NCBI GenBank assembly: GCA_035527075.1
Contig: DATLBE010000039.1
Span: 1-51,813, forward strand
DNA: 51,813 bases
Source of the DNA: Nevskiaceae bacterium
GTDB lineage: Bacteria > Patescibacteriota > Microgenomatia > PFEM01
Direction: 5' to 3'
Shown one piece after another: positions 38,442 through 47,626 of this stretch; the stretch's first letter is position 1, and each line of letters starts with the position of its first letter. Both the position numbers and the translations under genes were made by a program. The notes under the pieces were generated by a model that saw nothing but the letters and a program-made list of their open reading frames with translations, made no database searches and was not told where the DNA came from.

Positions 38442-39089
38442 TCAATAATAAAAAACAGTCCGTTGCTCTTGGGTTTTTCTGCCCAACTTGCTTTTAGCCT
38501 CCACGACAATCGTGTTTTCGCCTGGAAAAAGCTCTAATTTGTAACGGAACTCTCCTTGTTTGGAAAGAAAAACCGGATGATTATTGACAGTCACTAAAAC
38601 ATCGGCATCAGTCCGACCAACAACTTCTATTTTCTCAGTTTTAATCTGTTGGCCGTCTTTGGGAGCATAGATTTCCAAATATGGACTTTTCATTAAGGAA
38701 AAATACTGGTAACCCAGCCAGCCAGCCAAGCCAAGAAAAAAAAGAATCAAAAAAGAAATTAAAGTCAATTTTGGCGTCCACCTAAATTTTGGTTTATTAA
38801 TTGGCTCCACCATGCCTTGGGGAATAATCCTCCCTTTTTTTTCCCCTCCGAATCGGAGGGGAAAATCTCGGCGGAAAATAGCCAAAATTGGTGCTGGAGA
38901 AAGAGTTAAAAATTCAGCGTAATTCTTAAGAAAGCCTCGGGTTGAAACCAATGAAGGTAGTTTTTGAAAATTATTCTCTTCTAAAGCCTGCAAAAAGTCA
39001 TGCCGGATTTTAGTCGAAGTCTCGACCTGTTTAAGCGAAATCTTTTTGGCTAATCGGGCTTCTTTTAAAATCTCCCCAACTGTTCTCAT
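38442..39089 (-). CDS. RodZ-like HTH/transmembrane cytoskeletal protein
   Basis: N-terminal Xre-type HTH (VGEILKEARLAKKISLKQVETSTKIR..FL.ALE), one TM helix and a C-terminal beta domain. Confidence 0.6.
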   Translation of the reverse strand: MRTVGEILKEARLAKKISLKQVETSTKIRHDFLQALEENNFQKLPSLVSTRGFLKNYAEFLTLSPAPILAIFRRDFPLRFGGEKKGRIIPQGMVEPINKPKFRWTPKLTLISFLILFFLGLAGWLGYQYFSLMKSPYLEIYAPKDGQQIKTEKIEVVGRTDADVLVTVNNHPVFLSKQGEFRYKLELFPGENTIVVEAKSKLGRKTQEQRTVFYY

Positions 39090-41155
39090 GATTGAGAGGC
39101 AAAATACTCTTCGGCGTTTTTAACCAAAACCTCCCTTGGTTTAGAACCCTCAGCAGGACCAACAATTCCCCTCTGCTCTAGCTGATCCAAAATGCGTGCT
39201 GCTCGGGCATAACCTATTTTTAAGCGGCGTTGAAGCAAAGAAGCTGAAGCTCGGTCATAATTGCAAATGGTGCGAACCGCCTCTTCAAAAAATTCATCTT
39301 TCTCTTCCATCTCTCCAAACACACCTCTTATTTTTTGACCAACAGCCATTTTGGTCACTTCTTCAGTATAAGCAGGCGTCGCGCCAGATTTTCTCAAAAA
39401 GTCAATTAATTTTTGAATCTCAGGCTCGGAAACAAAAGTTCCCTGAATTCGAGTTGGTTTGGCTTGATCTGGAGGGATATAAAGCATGTCACCCCTGCCT
39501 AAAAGCTTTTCCGCACCTGGTCCATCAATAATCACTCTTGAGTCAACTTGGGAAGAAACATTAAAGGCAACTCGACAAGGAATGTTGGCTTTAATCAAAC
39601 CAGTAATGACATCAACCGAAGGCCGCTGGGTAGAAACAATCAAGTGAATCCCTGTCGCTCGGGCCATTTGAGCAATCCGACAAACTGAGTCTTCAACTTC
39701 CGCAGGCGCAAAAAACATAATGTCCGCCAACTCATCAATAATGATTAAAATAAAAGGTAAGGCAGCAAATCCGGAAAGTTCATTATAAGCATCAATATTT
39801 CTTACGCCTACTTCGGCAAACAACTTATACCGCCGGTCCATCTCACCAATAGCCCATTTCAAGGCTGACAAGACTTTGTCAGGATCAAAAATAACCGGGG
39901 TGAGAAGATGAGGAATGCCATTATATTGGGTCAACTCCACTCTTTTGGGATCAACCAAAATAAATTTGACTTCTGCTGGTGAAGCCCGAAAAAGCATGGT
40001 GGTAATAAGCGAATGAATACAAACCGATTTGCCAGAACCAGTAGCGCCAGCAAGCAAAATATGAGGCATCCGACTAATGTCAGCCACTACCGGTTCACCT
40101 GAAACATTCAGGCCCAAAGCCACGGCTAATTTGGATTTCATTTTCTTCATTTTGGTTGAGATGAGCATCTCCTTGAGAGTGACAAACTGTAAAGAACGAT
40201 TGGGCACCTCCACCCCCACTAATGAGCGACCGGGGATGGGGGCTTCAATTCTGATTTGACCAGTGGGCGCTGCTAAAGCTAAAGCTAAATCATTAGAAAG
40301 AGTGGTAATTTTTGAAAGTTTGGTGCCTAGGGCAATTTCTAAAGCATATTGAGTAACTGACGGTCCTAAATTAACCTCAGCCACCCGGGCAGTGATACCA
40401 AAAGATTCAAGCGTTTTCTCAATAACCTCAGCGTTTTTATTGACATCGCCTCGGTCAGCTTCTTTAGAAACACTGTCAGCCAAAAAGCTTGATGGAGGAT
40501 ATTCCCATGCCTGGCTTTTATCGCTTAGCGTCGCTAACTCACCAATAATCGCTTCCTCGGCGTTTAACTTAGACAGTTCAGTTTTCTCCTTACCTCCTTT
40601 TATTGTCAGTTTGGGCTCGACTTTTTTGCCGACAAATTTCGGCCGAGTTCGGAAATTTTTAATCGTCGCTAAACTCTTTTTTATCTTGGTAAAAATATTA
40701 ACAAAAAATAAAATAATTTCCTCTAAAGAAGTATTAAAGGTAACCACAAAGCCAATAAAAGCAAAACCAGCCAGGAATAAAAAGGCACCAACGCCAGAAA
40801 TTAAAACAGCCAAGCTTTGCCAAATTTCAAACCCAACTACACCTGATTGGGTTAAAGAAATAAAAGAAACCAACAAAATTAAAACACCAATAAAAACATT
40901 AGGCTGACTGATCGCCCACTTAAGTCGAGAAAGCATCAAACCGGCGGCAATAAGAATAAACGGCAAGAAAACTGTTCCCCACCCAAAATAATGGTTCAAA
41001 AAAAAATAGAGTTTACTCAAAACCAAGCCCTGGCGAGAAAAAGAAAGCATAATCAAACCCGCCAGTGAAAAAAGAGCCACGGTCGAAAAGGTATAAAGGG
41101 TTGTCTTTTTTAGTTTTAATTTAAATGGTTTTCTTCGTCTGCCGCGCCTCATCAA
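39086..41155 (-). CDS. ftsK: DNA translocase FtsK/SpoIIIE
   Basis: N-terminal TM helices, Walker A GATGSGKS, Walker B IIIDELAD, and a gamma winged-helix domain (LLQRRLKIGYARAARILDQLE). Confidence 0.95.
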   Translation of the reverse strand: MMRRGRRRKPFKLKLKKTTLYTFSTVALFSLAGLIMLSFSRQGLVLSKLYFFLNHYFGWGTVFLPFILIAAGLMLSRLKWAISQPNVFIGVLILLVSFISLTQSGVVGFEIWQSLAVLISGVGAFLFLAGFAFIGFVVTFNTSLEEIILFFVNIFTKIKKSLATIKNFRTRPKFVGKKVEPKLTIKGGKEKTELSKLNAEEAIIGELATLSDKSQAWEYPPSSFLADSVSKEADRGDVNKNAEVIEKTLESFGITARVAEVNLGPSVTQYALEIALGTKLSKITTLSNDLALALAAPTGQIRIEAPIPGRSLVGVEVPNRSLQFVTLKEMLISTKMKKMKSKLAVALGLNVSGEPVVADISRMPHILLAGATGSGKSVCIHSLITTMLFRASPAEVKFILVDPKRVELTQYNGIPHLLTPVIFDPDKVLSALKWAIGEMDRRYKLFAEVGVRNIDAYNELSGFAALPFILIIIDELADIMFFAPAEVEDSVCRIAQMARATGIHLIVSTQRPSVDVITGLIKANIPCRVAFNVSSQVDSRVIIDGPGAEKLLGRGDMLYIPPDQAKPTRIQGTFVSEPEIQKLIDFLRKSGATPAYTEEVTKMAVGQKIRGVFGEMEEKDEFFEEAVRTICNYDRASASLLQRRLKIGYARAARILDQLEQRGIVGPAEGSKPREVLVKNAEEYFASQS

Positions 41156-42495
41156 ACCTGCCCTCTTATTCTACTATCAACAAGTTTACTCTTAACTCTA
41201 ATTTTGGCACCAATTCTTATTTGTCCACCAGGTAAAATTTCAATCACATCGCCTCCTTCAGGCAGTAAAACCTGTTCCTCTTGATACCCCATCCTCTGAG
41301 CGAGCAAAGAGTACTGCTTCATCTGCCTGAAAGCACCGCCAATCGGCACCAAATATTGAGGTCTTATCAGGTTGATCATTAAGGCCAGGTCAGCTTGGGC
41401 GGCATGACCAGAAACATGTAAATCATCCAAAATATCAGAATAAGAAACGGTGGCACCCAGTCGGGATAAATCGTCAATCAACCCATGAATGGCCAATTCA
41501 TTTCCCGGAATATAATCACCAGAAAAAATCACCTTATCACCTGGTTTAATCTCAAGCCCACGATAATTTCTGCCGGCTATCTTGTTTAAAGCTGAACTTG
41601 ATTGGGCTTGGCTGCCAGCCACAAAAATGGTCACATTTTTGGGCGGAAAGTTTTTAATTCTTTTAAGCTTAATGACTGAATTTTTGGGAATTTTTAAATA
41701 GCCTAAACGTTTGGCAATACTAAAAATTTTTTCGATTGAGCGACCAGCAAGAGCAATTTTACGGCCGTACTTTAAAGAAACATTGGCCGCCTGTTGCCAG
41801 CGAGATACATTGGAAGATATGGTCGTAATCAAAACCTTACCTCGACAACCTCTTATCTCTCGTTCAAAGGAATCTTCAATCACCGCCTCTGACAAAGTGT
41901 AACCGACTTTCTCACTTCTTAAACAATCAGAAACAAGTAAGACGACACCTTGGTTGCCAATGGAGGCAATTTTGCCGACCTCTGGTTGTTTCCCCATCAC
42001 TGGTGTCCAGTCAAATTTAAAATCACTAGCATGAAAGATTGTCCCCAAAGGGGTATGAATCGCCAAATTCAAAGTATCTGGAATGGAATGAGTCACATAG
42101 ACAAACTCTAAAGAGAAAGAATTAAGCGTTATCTTCTGGTTAGAATCAATCGTGTTAATCCTAGCTCTAATTTTATATTCATCTAATTTTTCTTTAACTA
42201 AAGCTGCAGTTAAACGAGAAGCAAAAATAGGAATATTTTTTCCGATTTTCGGCAAAGCAAAAGGCAAACCACCATAGTGATCTTCATGACCATGAGTCAA
42301 AACTAAACCCCGAATTTTACTTTTGACTTGCTCCAGATAAGAAATATCGGGAACAAGCAAATCGCCCTTTGGTGATTCTCTAGTAGGAAAGCCAATCCCA
42401 CAGTCAACAAGTAAAATATCTTGTTCGTTTTCATAAACAAACAAATTTTGGGTCACCCGACCAAAGCCGCCTAAAGAAATAAGTTTTAATTTCAT
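41152..42495 (-). CDS. rnj: ribonuclease J-like metallo-beta-lactamase/beta-CASP nuclease (no C-terminal domain)
   Basis: HGHEDHYGG motif and beta-CASP motifs. 447 aa. Confidence 0.85.
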   Translation of the reverse strand: MKLKLISLGGFGRVTQNLFVYENEQDILLVDCGIGFPTRESPKGDLLVPDISYLEQVKSKIRGLVLTHGHEDHYGGLPFALPKIGKNIPIFASRLTAALVKEKLDEYKIRARINTIDSNQKITLNSFSLEFVYVTHSIPDTLNLAIHTPLGTIFHASDFKFDWTPVMGKQPEVGKIASIGNQGVVLLVSDCLRSEKVGYTLSEAVIEDSFEREIRGCRGKVLITTISSNVSRWQQAANVSLKYGRKIALAGRSIEKIFSIAKRLGYLKIPKNSVIKLKRIKNFPPKNVTIFVAGSQAQSSSALNKIAGRNYRGLEIKPGDKVIFSGDYIPGNELAIHGLIDDLSRLGATVSYSDILDDLHVSGHAAQADLALMINLIRPQYLVPIGGAFRQMKQYSLLAQRMGYQEEQVLLPEGGDVIEILPGGQIRIGAKIRVKSKLVDSRIRGQV

Positions 42496-43136
42496 AAAAT
42501 TTTAAGTTGTTCTTGTTGACTCTCTTGTTTTTTTTCCTTAACTGTTTCTTCAACTGGCTCTAATTCATCTTCCAAAAATTTGGAAATCTTCTGAAAATCC
42601 TTTTTTAATTCTGTCATTATTCTACCATTTCTTAAACCAGCAGCTGGGTGATACATGGGTATAACAATAAAACGCTTACCGTTAAAATCGACAAATCTTC
42701 CCTGACCATGAACTTGAGAAATGTATTCACCTGGTAAAAATTTATTCATCGAAAATCTGCCTAAAGTGACAATAATTTTGGGATCGACAATTTCAATTTC
42801 TTTGTCCAAATAGGGTCTAAACGCCTCTATTTCCTCAGCCAGTGGGTCACGATTCTCTGGGGGTCTTGCTTTCACTACGTTACTTATATAAACCTCATTG
42901 CGCTTTAAACCAACCGACTTTATCAGTTGGTCAAGCAATTTTCCAGCGTTCCCCACAAATGGACGACGGAGTTTTGCCTCCCAGTACCCACCCGCTTCTC
43001 CTATGAACATAATTTTTGCGTTATACTTCCCCTCACCGAAAATTACATCTGTCGGTTTCTTAATCAAAGGCAATCTACCTGCTTTTGATTCCAACTCTTT
43101 TTTAAGTTCTTCCAGCTGCCTTTTTTTATCGGTCAT
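42492..43136 (-). CDS. uracil-DNA glycosylase superfamily protein (family 4-like, cysteine-free)
   Basis: GEGKYNAKIMFIGEAGGYWE...PFVGNAGKLLD...HPAAGLRN. There are no Cys residues at all. Confidence 0.8.
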   Translation of the reverse strand: MTDKKRQLEELKKELESKAGRLPLIKKPTDVIFGEGKYNAKIMFIGEAGGYWEAKLRRPFVGNAGKLLDQLIKSVGLKRNEVYISNVVKARPPENRDPLAEEIEAFRPYLDKEIEIVDPKIIVTLGRFSMNKFLPGEYISQVHGQGRFVDFNGKRFIVIPMYHPAAGLRNGRIMTELKKDFQKISKFLEDELEPVEETVKEKKQESQQEQLKIL

Positions 43137-44010
43137 TAATTACTCCCCTTCTTCTAATCTCTGTAAATGGTGGTCTTACCTTTGTTTTAATCAGCCAGCG
43201 ATATATAGAAGAATGGTGTACGCCTAACTTATCTGCTATTTGTGGACCATTATAGCCTGCCCTCCAAAACTTAGTAAGTATCCTGTTCATTGATTCTTGA
43301 AACTCTCTTTCTATCTTCCGCCATTTTCTTCCCCCAGATTTTACCCATTCATATAACTCTTTGGCTTTTTTACACTGCTTGTATTTTCTCTCCATGAATA
43401 AATCGTTGTTTTCAAGATTGCCATAAAGAAAAGTCAAAACCCTGTAAGCATTCTCCCAAAAGTAATCTACTTGATAGCTAATAGAACTAATTCCCTTTCC
43501 CGTTATTTTGCTTTTCGTTCGAAGATTATTAGTTGTAAAATCAAGAGTCTTAGTTATTTTGTTGCTAAGCTGGGAGAGGAATTTCTCGCTGCCGCTTGAA
43601 AAACCAACAGAAATCTCGTTTCTGCTCTCACGAATATAAATCCAACCATCGCCGTCGAAAAAACCACGAGCAAAATGAGAAAATAACTGCGGAGGAACCA
43701 TGGGGAGTTGAATCGAACTACTTTTATTAGGATAAACTCCCAAATTCTGAAGATCATTAACAACTACCGGATTTGAAATTCTCAATCTAAATGAAGCTTT
43801 GCGCTTGTGAATCGGATAATTCGAACCCATTGTTTGGTTAATCCTCTCGAGCAATTCTCTATCTTGTTTTAAATCCCAAGCTAAAACAGTTTTATAAACA
43901 TTACCATCTGCAAAAGTAAATCCCAAAATATACGCCATCTGCGGTATCCATCTTTTAAAGAAATCGATATTAACTCTGTAATCAAATCTATTCCAATTTA
44001 TACTATTCAT
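43126..44010 (-). CDS. double-motif LAGLIDADG homing endonuclease with a C-terminal HTH domain, free-standing
   Basis: YILGFTFADGNV and FARGFFDGDGWI are two LAGLIDADG motifs. The C-terminal GYNGPQIADKLGVHHSSIYRWL is HTH-like. Confidence 0.8.
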   Translation of the reverse strand: MNSINWNRFDYRVNIDFFKRWIPQMAYILGFTFADGNVYKTVLAWDLKQDRELLERINQTMGSNYPIHKRKASFRLRISNPVVVNDLQNLGVYPNKSSSIQLPMVPPQLFSHFARGFFDGDGWIYIRESRNEISVGFSSGSEKFLSQLSNKITKTLDFTTNNLRTKSKITGKGISSISYQVDYFWENAYRVLTFLYGNLENNDLFMERKYKQCKKAKELYEWVKSGGRKWRKIEREFQESMNRILTKFWRAGYNGPQIADKLGVHHSSIYRWLIKTKVRPPFTEIRRRGVINDR

Positions 44011-44027
44011 TGATTTAATTAATTAAA

Positions 44028-45107
44028 CTACCAAGTTGGCAGGAAATCTTTAATATTTTCTGCCGTCAGGTGAAAAGATTTTCCTTTACCTTGAACAATC
44101 ATTTTAGCCACTTTCCGGCAAATACCACTGATAGTTCTTTCCAAAGTCCGCACCCCTGCATCATAGCCTAAAGGTCTAACAATCTTTGGCCAAACATCAA
44201 GGTCAATTTTAATTGCCTCTTTTGATAAACCAGCTTCGGCCATCGTTAGGGGCAAAACATAATCTTTACCAATGGTGATTTTTTCCTCATCAGTATAAGA
44301 GGGCATTTGGATTGATTCCAATCGGTCCATCACAGCGACGGAAATATTGGTGGTATTATTGGCAGTAACAATAAATAAAGCTTCAGAGAGATCAAGAGGA
44401 TAATCAATAAAATGATCTCGGAAAGCATAATTTTGTTCAGGATCCAAAAGTTCAATCAAAACACCCATAATACTGCTTCGGCCTTCATCAGTCACTCGGT
44501 CTATCTCGTCAAGAAGAATGACCGGATTTTTGGTACCGACTCTTCTTAAAGCCTTGATTACCAGCCCTGGTTCGGCATCTGGTCTTAACCTGGATTGGCC
44601 TCTTAAATCAAGAGGGTCACCCAAGCCACCAAAAGGAATCCGAGCAAATTTCCTGCTCATGGCTTCGGCGATTGAGTAAGCAATGGTGGTTTTGCCGGTC
44701 CCCACCAAGCCAACAAAACATAAAATTGGTGCTCTCATAAACTTCATTATTCCTTCTTCGGTTTTGGCTTCTTTTTTGCTTATTCTTAACTTCAACACTG
44801 CCATGTATTCTAAAATCCGTTCTTTTACCTGCTCTAACCCATAATGGTTTTTATCTAAAATCTTTTTGGCATTGTCTAAGTCCAAAACATCTTCACTTCG
44901 TCTATCCCAAGGCAAACTGGTAATCCAATCAATATAATGGGCGGTTTTTTCAAATTCAGCTGAATATTCACCATAGCGAACCATCCGGGCTAGTCGTTGA
45001 ATCATTAAAATGGCTTTCTGTTTAAGTTCTGGGGGAAAAGTGGCTGAAGTAACTTTTTTCTCCAGTTCAACAACTTCTTTTAAAAGACTGGCAGGCTTTT
45101 CTGGCAT
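44028..45107 (-). CDS. Lon-derived AAA+ ATPase lacking both the N-terminal substrate domain and the protease domain
   Basis: YIDWITSLPW, DHYGLEQVKERILEY, Walker A GLVGTGKTT, Walker B VILLDEIDR, LDPEQN and AGVRTLER match LonA. The ORF ends at the AAA/protease boundary. Confidence 0.8.
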   Translation of the reverse strand: MPEKPASLLKEVVELEKKVTSATFPPELKQKAILMIQRLARMVRYGEYSAEFEKTAHYIDWITSLPWDRRSEDVLDLDNAKKILDKNHYGLEQVKERILEYMAVLKLRISKKEAKTEEGIMKFMRAPILCFVGLVGTGKTTIAYSIAEAMSRKFARIPFGGLGDPLDLRGQSRLRPDAEPGLVIKALRRVGTKNPVILLDEIDRVTDEGRSSIMGVLIELLDPEQNYAFRDHFIDYPLDLSEALFIVTANNTTNISVAVMDRLESIQMPSYTDEEKITIGKDYVLPLTMAEAGLSKEAIKIDLDVWPKIVRPLGYDAGVRTLERTISGICRKVAKMIVQGKGKSFHLTAENIKDFLPTW

Positions 45108-45149
45108 GTTTTAAGCTTAACAAAAACAAAAGGCTAAAACAAGAATTTT

Positions 45150-47315
45150 TCAACGTCGTTGGGGTTTGCGTCTAGTTTGAGGTCGGCGGCCAAATGATGG
45201 TCTTGATTCCCGCTCAGAAGACGGTTTAACATCGCTACCAAAAAGCATCGTGAGATTAATTCTGCCCATATCATCAATTTCCCTCACTCTCACTTTGACC
45301 TTTTGGCCTACTTTGACAACATCGGCTGGATTGGCTACATAGCCTGGCGCCATTTGGGAAATATGGACCAAACCATCCTTTCCTGGTAAGATCTCCACAA
45401 AAGCACCAAAGGGCTGAATTCTTTTAACTTCACCTTCAAAAACTTCATCTTTTTTGACCTCTCGAGTTAAACTTTTAACCCAAGCCACGGCTTTATCAAC
45501 ATTCTCTTTGTCCAAAGCCGAGATATTAACCGTGCCATCGTCTTCAATATCAACGTTGGCACCAGTCTCACTGATTATTTTCCTAATCACTTTACCGCCC
45601 GGACCAATAACCTCACCAATTTTTTCCACCGGAATATGCAAAACTTTTATCTTGGGCGCAAATTTAGAAATTTGGGCCCGGGAAGCAGGCAAAGCCTGAA
45701 GCATTTTGTCTAAGATAAAAAGCCGCCCTTTTTCCGCCTGAACCAGCACTTTTAATAACAAATCAGATGTCAAAACCATGGTTTTGACATCCAACTGGAT
45801 AGCGGTAATGCCTTTTTGTGTGCCAGCTATTTTAAAATCCATGTCGCCATTAAAATCTTCTAAACCCAAAATATCAGAAAGAATCACTACTTCTCCTTTT
45901 CCTTGAGCCACTATTCCCATGGCAATACCCGAGACAGGTGCGGTAATCGGCACACCAGCATCCATCAGGGAAAGAGTCGAACCACAAACTGAAGCCATGG
46001 AAGTCGACCCATTTGAGGACATTATCTCCGAAACAACTCTAATGGTGTAGGGGAATTTTTCTTCTGAAGGAATTACTGGTAGCAAGGCTCTTTCTGCTAA
46101 AGCACCATGGCCGACCTCTCTTCGAGAAGGCCAACCAATTCTACCCGTTTCACCGACAGAAAAAGGTGGCATATAATAATGATGAATATAGCGCTTGGTT
46201 TCCTCACCTTCCATGCTTTCAATTAACTGTTTTAAAGACGGTGAGCCTAGAGTGGTCACTGTCAACGCTTGCGTTCCGCCCCTTTTAAACATCACTGAGC
46301 CATGTGTCCGCGGTAAAACTCCAGCCTCAATCTCAATCGGTCTTATTTCCTCTGGTTTACGACCATCAGGCCGCTTCTTTTTCTCCAAAATTCCGTTTCT
46401 GATAATTTTTTTAACTAGTTTATCAACAATTTTGACAATGTCGCTTCTTTTTTCCTCCTCATATTTTTCTACTAGAGCTTGTTGAATCTCCGCTAATGAT
46501 TCTAGTGGTTCTTTTTTAGTGGCAATGGCCTTAAGCATCTCTTTTATTTTTTCACCCGCTTCTTTTTCAATCTCTTTCATCAATTTTGGATCAAGTTTCT
46601 CCATCTCAAATTTTTGTTTCTTTTGACCAACCTCTTTGGCTAAACTTTCAATGGCCTTAATCAATTTGCCAACTTGTTTCTGAGCAAACTCAATTCCTTT
46701 TAATAAAGCAGCTTCAGAAACCTCTTTGGCTCCACCTTCCAACATAACAATCGCTTCTTCAGTTAAAGAAACAACCAAATCTAAATCAGAATACTCCAGG
46801 TCTTGATGAGTTGGATTAGCAATAAAAATCTCCTTCCCATTTTTGGCTACAAAACCAATTCGTAAAGCTCCTACTGGCCCATTCCAAGGAATATCAGAAA
46901 TCGCTAAGGCGGCTGAAGCAGCGCAGATGGCAGGAATGTCAGGGCTGTTTTCAGCGTCAACCGACAAAACAGTAATAATAACCTGAACTTCATTTTTAAA
47001 ATCTTTGGGAAACAAAGGTCGAATTGAACGATCAATTAAACGCGCCGTTAAAGTGGCTTCGTCAGAAGGTCGGCCTTCTCTTTTAACCCAACGAGAACCC
47101 TTAATCCGACCACCAGCATAAAGCCTCTCAATATATTCAACGTAAAGAGGAAAATAATCCAGATTCTCTTTTGGGCTAGCCGAAACCACAGTTGCCAAAA
47201 CCATAGTATCACCAAGCTGGGCTGTTACGGCAGCATTGGCCTGGTCAGCCAAGTGACCCGTTTGTAAAGTAAGAATTTTTTCACCAATCTTGATTGATTT
47301 TGAAGTTTTTTTCAT
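45150..47315 (-). CDS. pnp: polyribonucleotide nucleotidyltransferase (PNPase)
   Basis: Two RNase PH domains plus KH and S1 domains, immediately after rpsO. Confidence 0.96.
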   Translation of the reverse strand: MKKTSKSIKIGEKILTLQTGHLADQANAAVTAQLGDTMVLATVVSASPKENLDYFPLYVEYIERLYAGGRIKGSRWVKREGRPSDEATLTARLIDRSIRPLFPKDFKNEVQVIITVLSVDAENSPDIPAICAASAALAISDIPWNGPVGALRIGFVAKNGKEIFIANPTHQDLEYSDLDLVVSLTEEAIVMLEGGAKEVSEAALLKGIEFAQKQVGKLIKAIESLAKEVGQKKQKFEMEKLDPKLMKEIEKEAGEKIKEMLKAIATKKEPLESLAEIQQALVEKYEEEKRSDIVKIVDKLVKKIIRNGILEKKKRPDGRKPEEIRPIEIEAGVLPRTHGSVMFKRGGTQALTVTTLGSPSLKQLIESMEGEETKRYIHHYYMPPFSVGETGRIGWPSRREVGHGALAERALLPVIPSEEKFPYTIRVVSEIMSSNGSTSMASVCGSTLSLMDAGVPITAPVSGIAMGIVAQGKGEVVILSDILGLEDFNGDMDFKIAGTQKGITAIQLDVKTMVLTSDLLLKVLVQAEKGRLFILDKMLQALPASRAQISKFAPKIKVLHIPVEKIGEVIGPGGKVIRKIISETGANVDIEDDGTVNISALDKENVDKAVAWVKSLTREVKKDEVFEGEVKRIQPFGAFVEILPGKDGLVHISQMAPGYVANPADVVKVGQKVKVRVREIDDMGRINLTMLFGSDVKPSSERESRPSFGRRPQTRRKPQRR

Positions 47316-47581
47316 TTAGATAATTTCAACTGTCCAAGAACTCTTTTATATCTTTCTTCATCTTTTTTCACCAAGTAGTTTAGTAATCTTCGCCTTTTGG
47401 AAACCATCGCCAATAAACCTCTTCTTGAATGGACATCTTTTTTATGCTCTTTTAAATGACCGGTCAATTTTTTGATTTTGGCTGTCAAAAGCGCAATTTG
47501 AACTTCAGGCGAACCAGTGTCTTCCTTAGTTTGGGCAAACTTTTTAATAATCTTTTGTTTTTCTTCAATCGTTAAGGCCAT
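47312..47581 (-). CDS. rpsO: 30S ribosomal protein S15
   Basis: ...[29 protein letters not shown]. Confidence 0.96.
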   Translation of the reverse strand: MALTIEEKQKIIKKFAQTKEDTGSPEVQIALLTAKIKKLTGHLKEHKKDVHSRRGLLAMVSKRRRLLNYLVKKDEERYKRVLGQLKLSK

Positions 47582-47590
47582 CGAAAGACA

Positions 47591-47619
47591 ATTTTAACAA
47601 ACTAAAACCAAGTTAACAA
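47591..47619 (-). promoter_or_regulatory. sigma70-like promoter with extended -10 for rpsO-pnp
   Basis: Minus strand reads TTGTTA (47619-47614), a 17-nt spacer, then TGtTAAAAT (-10 at 47596-47591). Only 9 nt separate the -10 box from the ATG, and there is no SD. Confidence 0.4.
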
Positions 47620-47626
47620 GGGGAAT

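Noticed and set aside
44010-44028. LAGLIDADG ORF as an intein or as the disrupted continuation of the Lon-like gene
   Set aside because: The ORFs are separate, with a stop and a 17-nt gap between them. There are no intein splice-junction residues (N-terminal Cys/Ser, C-terminal HN plus Cys/Ser/Thr), and no Lon protease-domain sequence lies downstream of the endonuclease.
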